The notes beneath the pieces were generated by a model. It was not told where the DNA came from, did no database searches, and saw only the letters and a list, made by a program, of their open reading frames with translations. From assembly GCA_000002445.1 (NCBI GenBank), contig CM000208.1, positions 2,016,001 to 2,080,000 of the forward strand: a DNA stretch of 64,000 nt, given 5' to 3'. This DNA comes from Trypanosoma brucei. Taxonomy: Eukaryota. Every line of letters begins with the position of its first letter. The stretch's first letter is position 1. The position numbers were made by a program, and so were the translations under genes. Below, piece by piece: positions 54,171 to 64,000 of the stretch.

Positions 54171-54975
54171 TGTAGCGGCGGGCAGAGGAACTAATGGGTA
54201 CTCATTTGCGCGTACACACACGCGTGCACACATACGTAAGTACTTTACGTTTTGTGCGCTGGCCTGCTTCCGAGGCAAGTAGTTGTTAACCCGTGGAGGG
54301 GGGTCGGCAAGAGGAAGGTGGAGAGAGTCATTTTGGGAAAGGAAGGAGAAAAGCCAAAAAATATATGCGAAAGAGGGAAAGTGCTAGTGAGTGGTAAAAT
54401 GCTGTCGTACCTACCCGGTCACCCGACGTGGGTGCTCTGCTCCCCAGCAGGTTGTTACCATCAAACGCATGGCGCCTCTTTCTGGGGGTTGTGCTCGTCG
54501 AAGCCAAGAATTAGGTGGTGCATCCTCGTTACCGTGTTGTATTCATGCGTTTGGATGTGCAAGTGAATGGGGAATGCTGTGCGATCCCCGTTGTGTGTCT
54601 ATCGCGGCTTCCTATCGAATATCTTCATGGGGGTTCTCATTCTTCGGCTAAAGAGCTTCCTTATTTACCTATTTTTTTTTTAAGTTGGTGGAAGTGTGTA
54701 TGTGGGGAAGAGTAGGGGAATATGCGTTTTCACAAGTTTTCAAAATCTTCTAGTGTTGTGGGGCGCGTGTCCGCGTGGTTACCTCCAAGTAATTGATGGC
54801 AAAGGCAGAGAACTTTCGCGTTGTCCCCTCTTTTTTCCGCTATACCTTGCTATTGGGTTACTTTATGCTTTTCTCTCTTTTCTACCCTCATTTCACTTTC
54901 ATCACACGCCTCTTAACTTGCACGAACACTGTACGCTATCCACCGGGTCTAGTGATATCCAAGTGAGTGCACACC

Positions 54976-55404
54976 ATGGCTGACGAGAATCAGGTTGAAA
55001 AACAGGTGGAACCAACGCCTGTCGTGGAGGTGATTGATGTGGAGCCCGACACACTGCAAGACGCGATTCGCATCGTCATACGTAAGGCGCTCGAGGTAAA
55101 CGGACTTGTCCGCGGCCTTTCTGAGGTTGCTCGGGCGTTGGACCGCCGCACCGCGCACATGTGTATTCTCGCTACGGACTGTGACGATGAAGAGTACAAG
55201 AAGCTGATCAAGGCGCTTGCTCTTCAGGCGAGCATTGACATTATTGAGGTCGATTCTCGAGAGGAGCTGGCCGAGTGGGCGGGGCTGCAGAGGCGTAAAC
55301 AAGATGAAACCGTCAAAACCTTCAAATGCTCATGTGTTGCCATACGCGACTTTGGGGAGCGGACGAAGGCCCTCGATATGCTTTTGAACAAGCTGTCCCA
55401 CTAG
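54976..55404 (+). CDS. RPS12: 40S ribosomal protein S12 (L7Ae fold), 142 aa from MADENQ
   Basis: DAIRIVIRKALEVNGLVRGLSEVARALDRRTAHMCILATDCDDEEYKKLIKAL...FKCSCVAIRDFGERTKALDML aligns block-for-block with eukaryotic RPS12 ([34 protein letters not shown]...GCSCVVVKDYGKES). Confidence 0.85.
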   Translation: MADENQVEKQVEPTPVVEVIDVEPDTLQDAIRIVIRKALEVNGLVRGLSEVARALDRRTAHMCILATDCDDEEYKKLIKALALQASIDIIEVDSREELAEWAGLQRRKQDETVKTFKCSCVAIRDFGERTKALDMLLNKLSH

Positions 55405-56418
55405 CCAGTGCAGGAGCTCACTCACGATAACACAAGCAGTTGTGGGGTGGTCGTGCGCCCTGTATTCTTTTTTTTTATTTTTTTCTATAAACTTTTCCCC
55501 TGACTTTCAAATAATTTGGATCCACTTCCGCGGGAGCAATAGACGGTGCCCGTCAAGGGGCATCGTTGCCGCTTCGGTGTAGCTACCAACTATGTACTTA
55601 TGCGTTCCCCACTCTTTAGGTGGTGAGCGCACTCTAGACACTTTTCTGTTGCTTCCCGCTAACGTTTTTTCTTCTGCCTTTTTCCCCTTTGCTTTCGTGA
55701 TTCAAAAAAAAAAAGGTACCCACACGCGAGCAACGGATGCAAGCGGGGTAATTTTCACGCTCATGCGCATACCACAAAGCGGGAGCGTTACGTTCAGCAA
55801 ATGTTACGCATGTCACTGATGTGGCATTAGGTAAGAAGAACAGCTCGGTGCGCATATTTCTCACAACACCGCCGGTGTGCACAAGCAAACTGCAAATCAA
55901 ACATGTAATTAACTCACCGAGCGAAAACCCCGAGGCGGCGTACTGGGCCGACCGCGTAGGACACGAGATGACTTAAGCAAAATTGGAAACAAAAAAACAA
56001 TACTGTAAGAGTTTCTGATAAGACAAACGGTAAATGTTAGTCTGTAAGACTAAGCATCTATACGCTTATACACATATCGTATGTTAAGATAACACTGACG
56101 GTTTCCACTGAATTCGCATCTAGACACAGGGGACCATATAACTGTAGGTGAAAAGAGAGGTAGGATAAAGTCGATATAAATAAAAAAAAGTTTTAATAAG
56201 GTCGGTACTGTAAAAAAAAAAAAGCGACACTAATGGTGTGCTGCTTCGGTCAGCTCTCCCTTTGCTTTCACACTGTGTGGAGTCTGTGTATCACTGCTTC
56301 AGCTGCACGATGCCCTTCATCTTCGTGGAATCATATTCTTTCTCCCTCCCATATTGTTTTATTATTGTCAGTTACGCAATCAGGCAAACTCATATAAATT
56401 GTCCAGTGACCCAAAACA

Positions 56419-58002
56419 ATGACTGAGCGTCGTGATAACGTTTCCCACGCACCTGATGCCATCGAGGGCCCAAACGATGGTGCTCACGCCGAGGACACAT
56501 CGCCGGGTTTCTTCTCATTCGAAAATCTTGGTGTGGCGCAGGTACAAGTCGTCGGAGGAACTCTGAACGGATATGTTATTGGGTATGTTGCTGTGTATTT
56601 GCTGCTGTACCTGACGGCAACTGAGTGCAAATTTACTACGGAGGGTGCATGTGGCGGAGCTAAGATATATGGGTGCAAATGGAGCGGCACGACATGCAAA
56701 TTCGAGAATCCCAAATGTAGTGAAGGCTCCGATCCTTCCGATTCTTGCAAAAACGAGGTGGCCTACACGTCTGTTTACAGCGGTATCTTTGCCTGCGCCA
56801 TGATCGTTGGTTCAATGGTTGGGTCGATTATAGCCGGGAAGTGCATCACTACGTTTGGACTGAAGAAATCATTCATCATTGTCTCAGTCACCTGTACTAT
56901 AGCTTGTGTTGTGGTGCAGGTAGCGATTGAGTACAATAATTACTACGCACTGTGCACTGGACGAGTGCTCATAGGTCTCGGCGTTGGTATTTTATGCTCT
57001 GTTTGCCCCATGTATGTGAATGAGAACGCACATCCCAAACTCTGCAAGATGGACGGTGTGTTGTTTCAGGTGTTCACAACACTTGGCATTATGCTTGCCG
57101 CGATGCTGGGTCTGATTTTGGACAAAACAGGAGCTAGTAAAGAAGAGGCAAACATGGCTGGGCGGTTACACGTTTTTTCAGCGGTACCGCTTGGATTGTC
57201 CGTCGCCATGTTCCTAGTGGGCATGTTCCTCCGCGAAAGCACTGCAACATTTTCCCAAGACGATGATGGTAAGGCTGATGGCGGAATGGACCCCAACGAG
57301 TATGGCTGGGGGCAGATGTTGTGGCCACTGTTCATGGGCGCTGTAACCGCTGGTACGCTGCAACTGACTGGGATCAACGCGGTAATGAACTATGCGCCGA
57401 AGATTACAGAGAACCTCGGAATGGATCCATCACTTGGCAACTTTCTGGTTATGGCATGGAATTTTGTGACATCCCTTGCGGCTATTCCACTTGCGTCACG
57501 CTTTACGATGCGTCAAATGTTTATCACCTGTTCCTTTGTTGCGTCATGTATGTGCTTGTTCCTATGTGGAATCCCAGTGTTCCCCGGTGTTGCTGAAGAA
57601 AAGGTGAAGAATGGTGTGGCAACTACTGGTATCGCCCTGTTCATAGCTGCATTTGAGTTTGGTGTTGGGTCGTGCTTCTTCGTGCTTGCACAGGACCTTT
57701 TCCCACCATCATTCCGACCTAAGGGCGGTTCGTTTGTTGTCATGATGCAGTTTATCTTTAACATCCTTATTAACCTATTGTATCCCATTACAACCGAAGC
57801 TATATCTGGTGGGCCAACTGCCAACCAGGACAAGGGACAGGCCGTTGCATTCATACTGTTTGGTTTAATTGGCTTGATTTGTTCGGTTCTGCAGTTCTTT
57901 TACTTGTATCCATATGATGCCAATCAGGACCATGAGAATGACCATGGTGGTGAGCCTGTGGAACAGAAGACATATCCCGTTGAAGCATCTCCGCGGAACT
58001 AA
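56419..58002 (+). CDS. THT1: Hexose transporter, THT1-type (527 aa, MFS sugar porter)
   Basis: MTERRDNVSHAPDAIEGPNDGAHAEDTSPGFFSFENLGVAQVQVVGGTLNGYVIGYVAVYLLLY... 527 aa with the Cys-rich first exofacial loop ECKFTTEGACGGAKIYGCKWSGTTCKFENPKCSEG. Matches T. brucei THT1 as recalled. 12-TM sugar-porter layout. Confidence 0.9.
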   Translation: MTERRDNVSHAPDAIEGPNDGAHAEDTSPGFFSFENLGVAQVQVVGGTLNGYVIGYVAVYLLLYLTATECKFTTEGACGGAKIYGCKWSGTTCKFENPKCSEGSDPSDSCKNEVAYTSVYSGIFACAMIVGSMVGSIIAGKCITTFGLKKSFIIVSVTCTIACVVVQVAIEYNNYYALCTGRVLIGLGVGILCSVCPMYVNENAHPKLCKMDGVLFQVFTTLGIMLAAMLGLILDKTGASKEEANMAGRLHVFSAVPLGLSVAMFLVGMFLRESTATFSQDDDGKADGGMDPNEYGWGQMLWPLFMGAVTAGTLQLTGINAVMNYAPKITENLGMDPSLGNFLVMAWNFVTSLAAIPLASRFTMRQMFITCSFVASCMCLFLCGIPVFPGVAEEKVKNGVATTGIALFIAAFEFGVGSCFFVLAQDLFPPSFRPKGGSFVVMMQFIFNILINLLYPITTEAISGGPTANQDKGQAVAFILFGLIGLICSVLQFFYLYPYDANQDHENDHGGEPVEQKTYPVEASPRN

Positions 58003-58807
58003 AGCACTGAAGCTTAATTCATCTGGTGAGGTATTGTTTGTCTCGCCCGCATGACTCATGTGCTGGGGAAGTGTAAAAGGGGGGATGGCGACGAAGTTGT
58101 TTCTTGCATATTTCTCGCGCATCTGATGAATTAAAAAAAAAACGATTATTGCATAACATGATTATCTGACCACAAAACGTTTTGTAGTTTGAAGGAGGTA
58201 ATTGGGTAATGTTTTAGAGGTCGTCAATATTAGTGGCGTTAATGAAAACGGATTTTAAAATTTACTTCTTTTTGCTGTTTTATGTTGTCTATATATACTT
58301 TTGTTTTTCCATCAAGTCGACTGTGCCTATTATTATCTGCTCCGTTTTGTAGCAGCGGATGGACAGATGGATGAAGTGATATATGAGGGCAGTATGCTGT
58401 TAGTGTGTATGTGCACTCTAAAGCTGCTGCTGTGTCGGGATAGTGATTTACGTAGGGCAGTTGATTTTTCTTTTTTCTTTTTTTTTGTAATATTATACAA
58501 TTGAAGACGTTTCTTAATATTTTTTTGAAAAAAAAACATTGTGTTGTTTTTTATTGGTGTACAGGGGACAACTCGTTTTATTAAAACCCTTTGTCGTTGG
58601 GCTGTGCCCCAATTCTGGCGTCACGCGATGTTCTTCTATAATGATCTCTTACTTTACCCGTAACACCACATTAATGGTTTATTTCACTTTTTTGGTTGAT
58701 TTTGTTTGGATTGCTGCCGCCACATTACGTCTCCCTTCCATATTGTTTTATTATTGTCAGTTACGCAATCAGGCAAACTCATATAAATTGTCCAGTGACC
58801 CAAAACA

Positions 58808-60394
58808 ATGACTGAGCGTCGTGATAACGTTTCCCACGCACCTGATGCCATCGAGGGCCCAAACGATGGTGCTCACGCCGAGGACACATCACCGGGTTTC
58901 TTCTCATTCGAGAATCTTGGTGTGGCGCAAGTACAAGTCGTCGGAGGAACTCTGAACGGATATGTTATTGGGTATGTTGCTGTGTATTTGCTGCTGTACC
59001 TGACGGCAACTGAGTGCAAATTTACTACGGAGGTTGCATGTGGCGGAGCTAAGATATATGGGTGCAAATGGAGCGGCACGACATGCAAATTCGAGAATCC
59101 CAAATGTAGTGAAGGCTCCGATCCTTCCGATTCTTGCAAAAACGAGGTGGCCTACACGTCTGTTTACAGCGGTATCTTTGCCTGCGCCATGATCGTTGGT
59201 TCAATGGTTGGGTCGATTATAGCCGGGAAGTGCATCACTACGTTTGGACTGAAGAAATCATTTATCATTGTCTCAATCACTTGTACTATAGCTTGTGTTG
59301 TGGTGCAGGTAGCGATTGAGTACAATAATTACTACGCACTGTGCACTGGACGAGTGCTCATAGGTCTCGGCGTTGGTATTTTATGCTCTGTTTGCCCCAT
59401 GTATGTGAATGAGAACGCACATCCCAAACTCTGCAAGATGGACGGTGTGTTGTTTCAGGTGTTCACAACACTTGGCATTATGCTTGCCGCGATGCTGGGT
59501 CTGATTTTGGACAAAACAGGAGCTAGTAAAGAAGAGGCAAACATGGCTGGGCGGTTACACGTTTTTTCAGCGGTACCGCTTGGATTGTCCGTCGCCATGT
59601 TCCTAGTGGGCATGTTCCTCCGCGAAAGCACTGCAACATTTTCCCAAGACGATGATGGTAAGGCTGATGGCGGAATGGACCCCAACGAGTATGGCTGGGG
59701 GCAGATGTTGTGGCCACTGTTCATGGGCGCTGTAACCGCTGGTACGCTGCAGCTGACTGGGATCAACGCGGTAATGAACTATGCGCCGAAGATTACAGAG
59801 AACCTCGGAATGGATCCATCACTTGGCAACTTTCTGGTTATGGCATGGAATTTTGTGACATCCCTTGTGGCTATTCCACTTGCGTCACGCTTTACGATGC
59901 GTCAAATGTTTATCACCTGTTCCTTTGTTGCGTCATGTATGTGCTTGTTCCTATGTGGAATCCCAGTGTTCCCCGGTGTTGCTGAAGAAAAGGTGAAGAA
60001 TGGTGTGGCAACTACTGGTATCGCCCTGTTCATAGCTGCATTTGAGTTTGGTGTTGGGTCGTGCTTCTTCGTGCTTGCACAGGACCTTTTCCCACCATCA
60101 TTCCGACCTAAGGGCTCTTCGTTTGTTGTCATGATGCAGTTTATCTTTAACATCCTTATTAACCTATTGTATCCCATTACAACCGAAGCTATATCTGGTG
60201 GGCCAACCGGCGACCAGGATAAGGGACAGGCCGTTGTATTCATACTGTTTGGTTTAATTGGCTTGATTTGTTTCGTTCTGCAGTTCTTTTACTTGTATCC
60301 ATATGATGCCAATCAGGACCATGAGAATGACCATGGCACTGAGCCCGTGGAACGTATTGCTTCTCCCGTTGATGTCCCCACGCCGCGGAACTAA
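58808..60394 (+). CDS. THT1: Hexose transporter, chimeric: THT1-type N-terminal ~two-thirds, THT2-type C-terminal ~100 aa and 3' flank (528 aa)
   Basis: N-terminus and loop identical to the first copy except E/V (EVACGG) and V/I (VSITCT). From about residue 430 onward it matches the third copy (KGSSFVV, PTGDQDKGQAVVFILF...CFVLQ, ...HGTEPVERIASPVDVPTPRN). Its 3' flank after ggatggcgacg continues taaccgatattgttagagggcgggaattcc as in copy 3, not aagttgtttcttgcatatttc as in copy 1. Confidence 0.85.
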   Translation: MTERRDNVSHAPDAIEGPNDGAHAEDTSPGFFSFENLGVAQVQVVGGTLNGYVIGYVAVYLLLYLTATECKFTTEVACGGAKIYGCKWSGTTCKFENPKCSEGSDPSDSCKNEVAYTSVYSGIFACAMIVGSMVGSIIAGKCITTFGLKKSFIIVSITCTIACVVVQVAIEYNNYYALCTGRVLIGLGVGILCSVCPMYVNENAHPKLCKMDGVLFQVFTTLGIMLAAMLGLILDKTGASKEEANMAGRLHVFSAVPLGLSVAMFLVGMFLRESTATFSQDDDGKADGGMDPNEYGWGQMLWPLFMGAVTAGTLQLTGINAVMNYAPKITENLGMDPSLGNFLVMAWNFVTSLVAIPLASRFTMRQMFITCSFVASCMCLFLCGIPVFPGVAEEKVKNGVATTGIALFIAAFEFGVGSCFFVLAQDLFPPSFRPKGSSFVVMMQFIFNILINLLYPITTEAISGGPTGDQDKGQAVVFILFGLIGLICFVLQFFYLYPYDANQDHENDHGTEPVERIASPVDVPTPRN

Positions 60395-61369
60395 AGCACT
60401 GAAGCTTAATTCATCTGGTGAGGTATTGTTTGTCTCGCCCGCATGACTCATGTGCTGGGGAAGTGTAAAAGGGGGGATGGCGACGTAACCGATATTGTTA
60501 GAGGGCGGGAATTCCCCTCGATGTTTACGTTGTGAGGTAAATAAAACAGGATTTCTGTTGGGCCTTTGGATTTGACATTTTAAGGTTATCTCCCATGTCC
60601 CTATTTTAACGAGGCAGCAATCGCTATAGTGTATCTGATGTACCAATTGATGAGGCTGACCGTTTGTTTTTCCAGACTGTGGTTAGAATTGTAACTTGAT
60701 TCCATATTGTTTTAATGAGCGTACGGATTATGCCTTAGCGGATATTACTGTTATTTTTCTTTTAACTGAGCGAGTTAATTTACTGATTCTATTTCTTTGT
60801 AATTTAAAAGTTCGTTAATACCACGCTCTTTTCGATTATATTATCGATCACTTTGTTCTCTTTCATTTTGTCGACCTATGAATATTCTTGGTTTTCTGTC
60901 TTGTTGCACGGCAATAGATGGACAGATGGATGAAGTGATATATGAGGGCAGTATGCTGTTAGTGTGTATGTGCACTCTAAAGCTGCTGCTGTGTCGGGAT
61001 AGTGATTTACGTAGGGCAGTTGATTTTTCTTTTTTCTTTTTTTTTTTTGTAATATTATACAATTGAAGACGTTTCTTAATAGTTTTTTGAAAAAAAAACA
61101 TTGTGTTGTTTTTTATTGGTGTACAGGGGACAACTTGTTTTATTAAAACCCTTTGTCGTTGGGCTGTGCCCCAATTCTGGCGTCACGCGATGTTCTTCTA
61201 TAATGATCTCTTACTTTACCCGTAACACCACATTAATGGTTTATTTCACTTTTTTGGTTGATTTTGTTTGGATTGCTGCTGCCACATTACGTCTCCCTTC
61301 CATATTGTTTTATTATTGTCAGTTACGCAATCAGGCAAACTCATATAAATTGTCCAGTGACCCAAAACA

Positions 61370-62959
61370 ATGACTGAGCGTCGTGATAACGTTTCCCACG
61401 CACCTGATGCCATCGAGGGCCCAAACGATGGTGCTCACGCCGAGGACACATCACCGGGTTTTTTCTCACTCGAGAATCTTGGTGTGGCGCAGGTACAAGT
61501 CGTCGGAGGAACTCTGAACGGATTTTCCATCGGCTTTGTTGCTGTGTACATCCTTCTCTATGAAGTGGCGACGAATTGTTCATTATTCAAGACTACGGAA
61601 GCGTGCAAGGCCGTGGGTTCTTATGGATGTGAGTGGAAGGATACGGAAGTGTGCTCATGGAAGAAGGAATGTGACTCCGATTCCGATGGTGTCAATCCAT
61701 GCGAAAGCCTTATTGGGTACAGCTCGCTTTACAGCGGTATCTTTGCTTCTGCCATGATCGTTGGTTCAATGGTTGGGTCGATTATAGCCGGGAAGTGCAT
61801 CACTATGTTTGGACTGAAGAAATCATTCATCATTGTTGGCGTCATGAGTGTTGTGGCGTCTGCACTGAACCACATATCCGTGGCAACGAATGAGTTTTGG
61901 GTTCTATGCGCTGGACGAGTGCTCATGGGTATCGGTCTCGGCGTTGTTTGCGTTATTTGCCCCATGTATGTGAATGAGAACGCACATCCCAAACTCTCTA
62001 AGGTGGACGGTGTGTTGTTTCAGGTGTTCATCACGTTTGGGATTATGCTTGCCGCGATGCTGGGTCTGATTTTGGACAAAACGGTTAACTATGATAATGA
62101 CCCCGACATGGCTGGGCGTTTTCACGGTTTTTGTGCAGTGTCATCCGTACTCTCCGTCGCCATGTTCCTAGTGGGCATGTTCCTCCGCGAAAGCACTGCA
62201 ACATTTTCCCAAGACGATGATGGTAAGGCTGATGGCGGAATGGACCCCAACGAGTATGGCTGGGGGCAGATGTTGTGGCCACTGTTCATGGGCGCTGTAA
62301 CCGCTGGTACGCTGCAGCTGACTGGGATCAACGCGGTAATGAACTATGCGCCGAAGATTACAGAGAACCTCGGAATGGACCCATCACTTGGCAACTTTCT
62401 GGTTATGGCATGGAATTTTGTGACATCCCTTGCGGCTATTCCACTTGCGTCACGCTTTACGATGCGTCAAATGTTTATCACCTGTTCCTTTGTTGCGTCA
62501 TGTATGTGCTTGTTCCTATGTGGAATCCCAGTGTTCCCCGGTGTTGCTGAAGAAAAGGTGAAGAATGGTGTGGCAACTACTGGTATCGCCCTGTTCATAG
62601 CTGCATTTGAGTTTGGTGTTGGGTCGTGCTTCTTCGTGCTTGCACAGGACCTTTTCCCACCATCATTCCGACCTAAGGGCTCTTCGTTTGTTGTCATGAT
62701 GCAGTTTATCTTTAACATCCTTATTAACCTATTGTATCCCATTACAACCGAAGCTATATCTGGTGGGCCAACCGGCGACCAGGATAAGGGACAGGCCGTT
62801 GTATTCATACTGTTTGGTTTAATTGGCTTGATTTGTTTCGTTCTGCAGTTCTTTTACTTGTATCCATATGATGCCAATCAGGACCATGAGAATGACCATG
62901 GCACTGAGCCCGTGGAACGTATTGCTTCTCCCGTTGATGTCCCCACGCCGCGGAACTAA
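61370..62959 (+). CDS. THT2: Hexose transporter, THT2-type (529 aa)
   Basis: Divergent N-terminal third (NGFSIGFVAVYILLYEVATNCSLFKTTEACKAVGSYGCEWKDTEVCSWKKECDSDSDGVNPCESLIGYSSLY ... VGVMSVVASALNHISVATNEFWVLCAG). From VAMFLVGMFLRESTATF onward nearly identical to THT1. 529 aa, as recalled for THT2. Confidence 0.85.
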   Translation: MTERRDNVSHAPDAIEGPNDGAHAEDTSPGFFSLENLGVAQVQVVGGTLNGFSIGFVAVYILLYEVATNCSLFKTTEACKAVGSYGCEWKDTEVCSWKKECDSDSDGVNPCESLIGYSSLYSGIFASAMIVGSMVGSIIAGKCITMFGLKKSFIIVGVMSVVASALNHISVATNEFWVLCAGRVLMGIGLGVVCVICPMYVNENAHPKLSKVDGVLFQVFITFGIMLAAMLGLILDKTVNYDNDPDMAGRFHGFCAVSSVLSVAMFLVGMFLRESTATFSQDDDGKADGGMDPNEYGWGQMLWPLFMGAVTAGTLQLTGINAVMNYAPKITENLGMDPSLGNFLVMAWNFVTSLAAIPLASRFTMRQMFITCSFVASCMCLFLCGIPVFPGVAEEKVKNGVATTGIALFIAAFEFGVGSCFFVLAQDLFPPSFRPKGSSFVVMMQFIFNILINLLYPITTEAISGGPTGDQDKGQAVVFILFGLIGLICFVLQFFYLYPYDANQDHENDHGTEPVERIASPVDVPTPRN

Positions 62960-63784
62960 AGCACTGAAGCTTAATTCATCTGGTGAGGTATTGTTTGTCT
63001 CGCCCGCATGACTCATGTGCTGGGGAAGTGTAAAAGGGGGGATGGCGACGTAACCGATATTGTTAGAGGGCGGGAATTCCCCTCGATGTTTACGTTGTGA
63101 GGTAAATAAAACAGGATTTCTGTTGGGCCTTTGGATTTGACATTTTAAGGTTATCTCCCATGTCCCTATTTTAACGAGGCAGCAATCGCTATAGTGTATC
63201 TGATGTACCAATTGATGAGGCTGACCGTTGCAGTAAAATATTCCTTTTTTATTATGTGTTGTGGTGGTCACCGTTTTTTTTAATTTATGACGTGTTATCG
63301 CTTTTTTTTGTTTTCGTTCAAGTGAGTGATGCGGGTTGTTAGTGTTACATATTGTCTTTTCTTGTTTTAATTTTGTAATTTCCTTAATTTTATTATTATT
63401 TTATTATTTTTTCGACCTATGAATATTCTTGGTTTTCTGTCTTGTTGCACGGCAATAGATGGACAGATGGATGAAGTGATATATGAGGGCAGTATGCTGT
63501 TAGTGTGTATGTGCACTCTAAAGCTGCTGCTGTGTCGGGATAGTGATTTACGTAGGGCAGTTGATTATCTCCTTATATATTTGTCTTTTTTTAAAGAAGG
63601 TTATGTAAATCATGAAGCGAAAACGGTTTTGTTTTTTGTTGGAGATGTTTATTTTTTAATTTTTTGTTTTTTTTCTCTATTTTGTAACAGTTTTTTATTT
63701 TTATTTTTTTTGGTTTTTGAAGGTGCTTTATTTTCTGTTTTTAAACTTCTTCCTCTTACTTTTTTTTAGTTTTTAGTGGGATTG

Positions 63785-64000
63785 ATGGGTATTGACTACT
63801 ACAAGGTGCTCGGTGTGTCGAGGGACGCCTCGCCAAGCGATATTAAGAAGGCGTATCATCAACTTGCGTTGAAGTACCATCCAGACAAAGCCAGTGGGAA
63901 TCGGGAGGAGGCGGAGCGGCTGTTCAAAGAAGTGGCTGAGGCGTATGATGTGTTGAGCGACGAAAAGAAGAAAAAAATTTATGACTCTTACGGTGAAGAG
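63785..64000 (+). CDS. DnaJ (J-domain) protein, N-terminal fragment. ORF runs off the window end
   Basis: [72 protein letters not shown]. Canonical J domain with HPD tripeptide. Confidence 0.8.
   Translation, partial: MGIDYYKVLGVSRDASPSDIKKAYHQLALKYHPDKASGNREEAERLFKEVAEAYDVLSDEKKKKIYDSYGEE

Larger units (their letters stand above)
56350..63565. repeat. Tandem array of three hexose transporter genes with repeated 5' flanks, conserved 3' flank starts, and a reiterated ~440-bp intergenic element (58300-58745, 60865-61310, truncated third copy 63410-63565)
   Basis: Identical 5' leader tccatattgttttattattgtcagttacgcaatcaggcaaactcatataaattgtccagtgacccaaaacaATG before each copy. Intergenic element tcgacctatgaatattcttggttttctgtcttgttgcacggcaatagatggacagatgg... 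appears three times. Confidence 0.9.

Noticed and set aside
58301-58539. Short ORFs within the reiterated THT intergenic element (e.g. MFFHQVDCAYYYLLRF…, and antisense MFFFQKNIKKRL…)
   Set aside because: They lie in AT-rich UTR/intergenic repeat sequence with poly-T/poly-A runs. They are reiterated only because the intergenic element is reiterated. No coding signal.

Overview
Eukaryotic kinetoplastid nuclear DNA, not prokaryotic: intronless genes arranged in two divergent polycistronic blocks. Minus-strand genes run from 1 to ~21.8 kb, a ~6 kb gene-free divergent strand-switch region follows (21.8-27.9 kb), and plus-strand genes run from 27.9 to 64 kb. From the protein sequences this is best explained as the Trypanosoma brucei chromosome 10 TOR1 / hexose-transporter (THT1-THT2) locus. 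This identification is from recall of the protein families and could not be confirmed by BLAST. Genes recognised, in order: partial CCT-theta chaperonin, ribosomal-L1-domain protein, KREPA2-like editosome protein (two C2H2 fingers plus OB fold), bloodstream-type protein disulfide isomerase, coiled-coil protein, a duplicated eIF3c unit, MYST histone acetyltransferase, PSP1-domain protein, the strand switch, PARN-family deadenylase, a giant SPRY-UBA-HECT E3 ligase, L-type-lectin-like protein, TOR kinase (FATC tail ending GWCPFW), RPS12, three hexose transporters and a partial DnaJ protein. No CRISPR, tRNA, rRNA or mobile element could be supported. I do not see a clearly undescribed system. The most notable structures are: (1) a THT array whose middle copy is a THT1/THT2 chimera; (2) a near-identical 3.64 kb tandem duplication carrying eIF3c, with a stop-codon SNP and a homopolymer frameshift between copies; (3) a divergent strand-switch region framed by strand-specific G-runs and containing an interstitial telomeric repeat and a GC-rich island.
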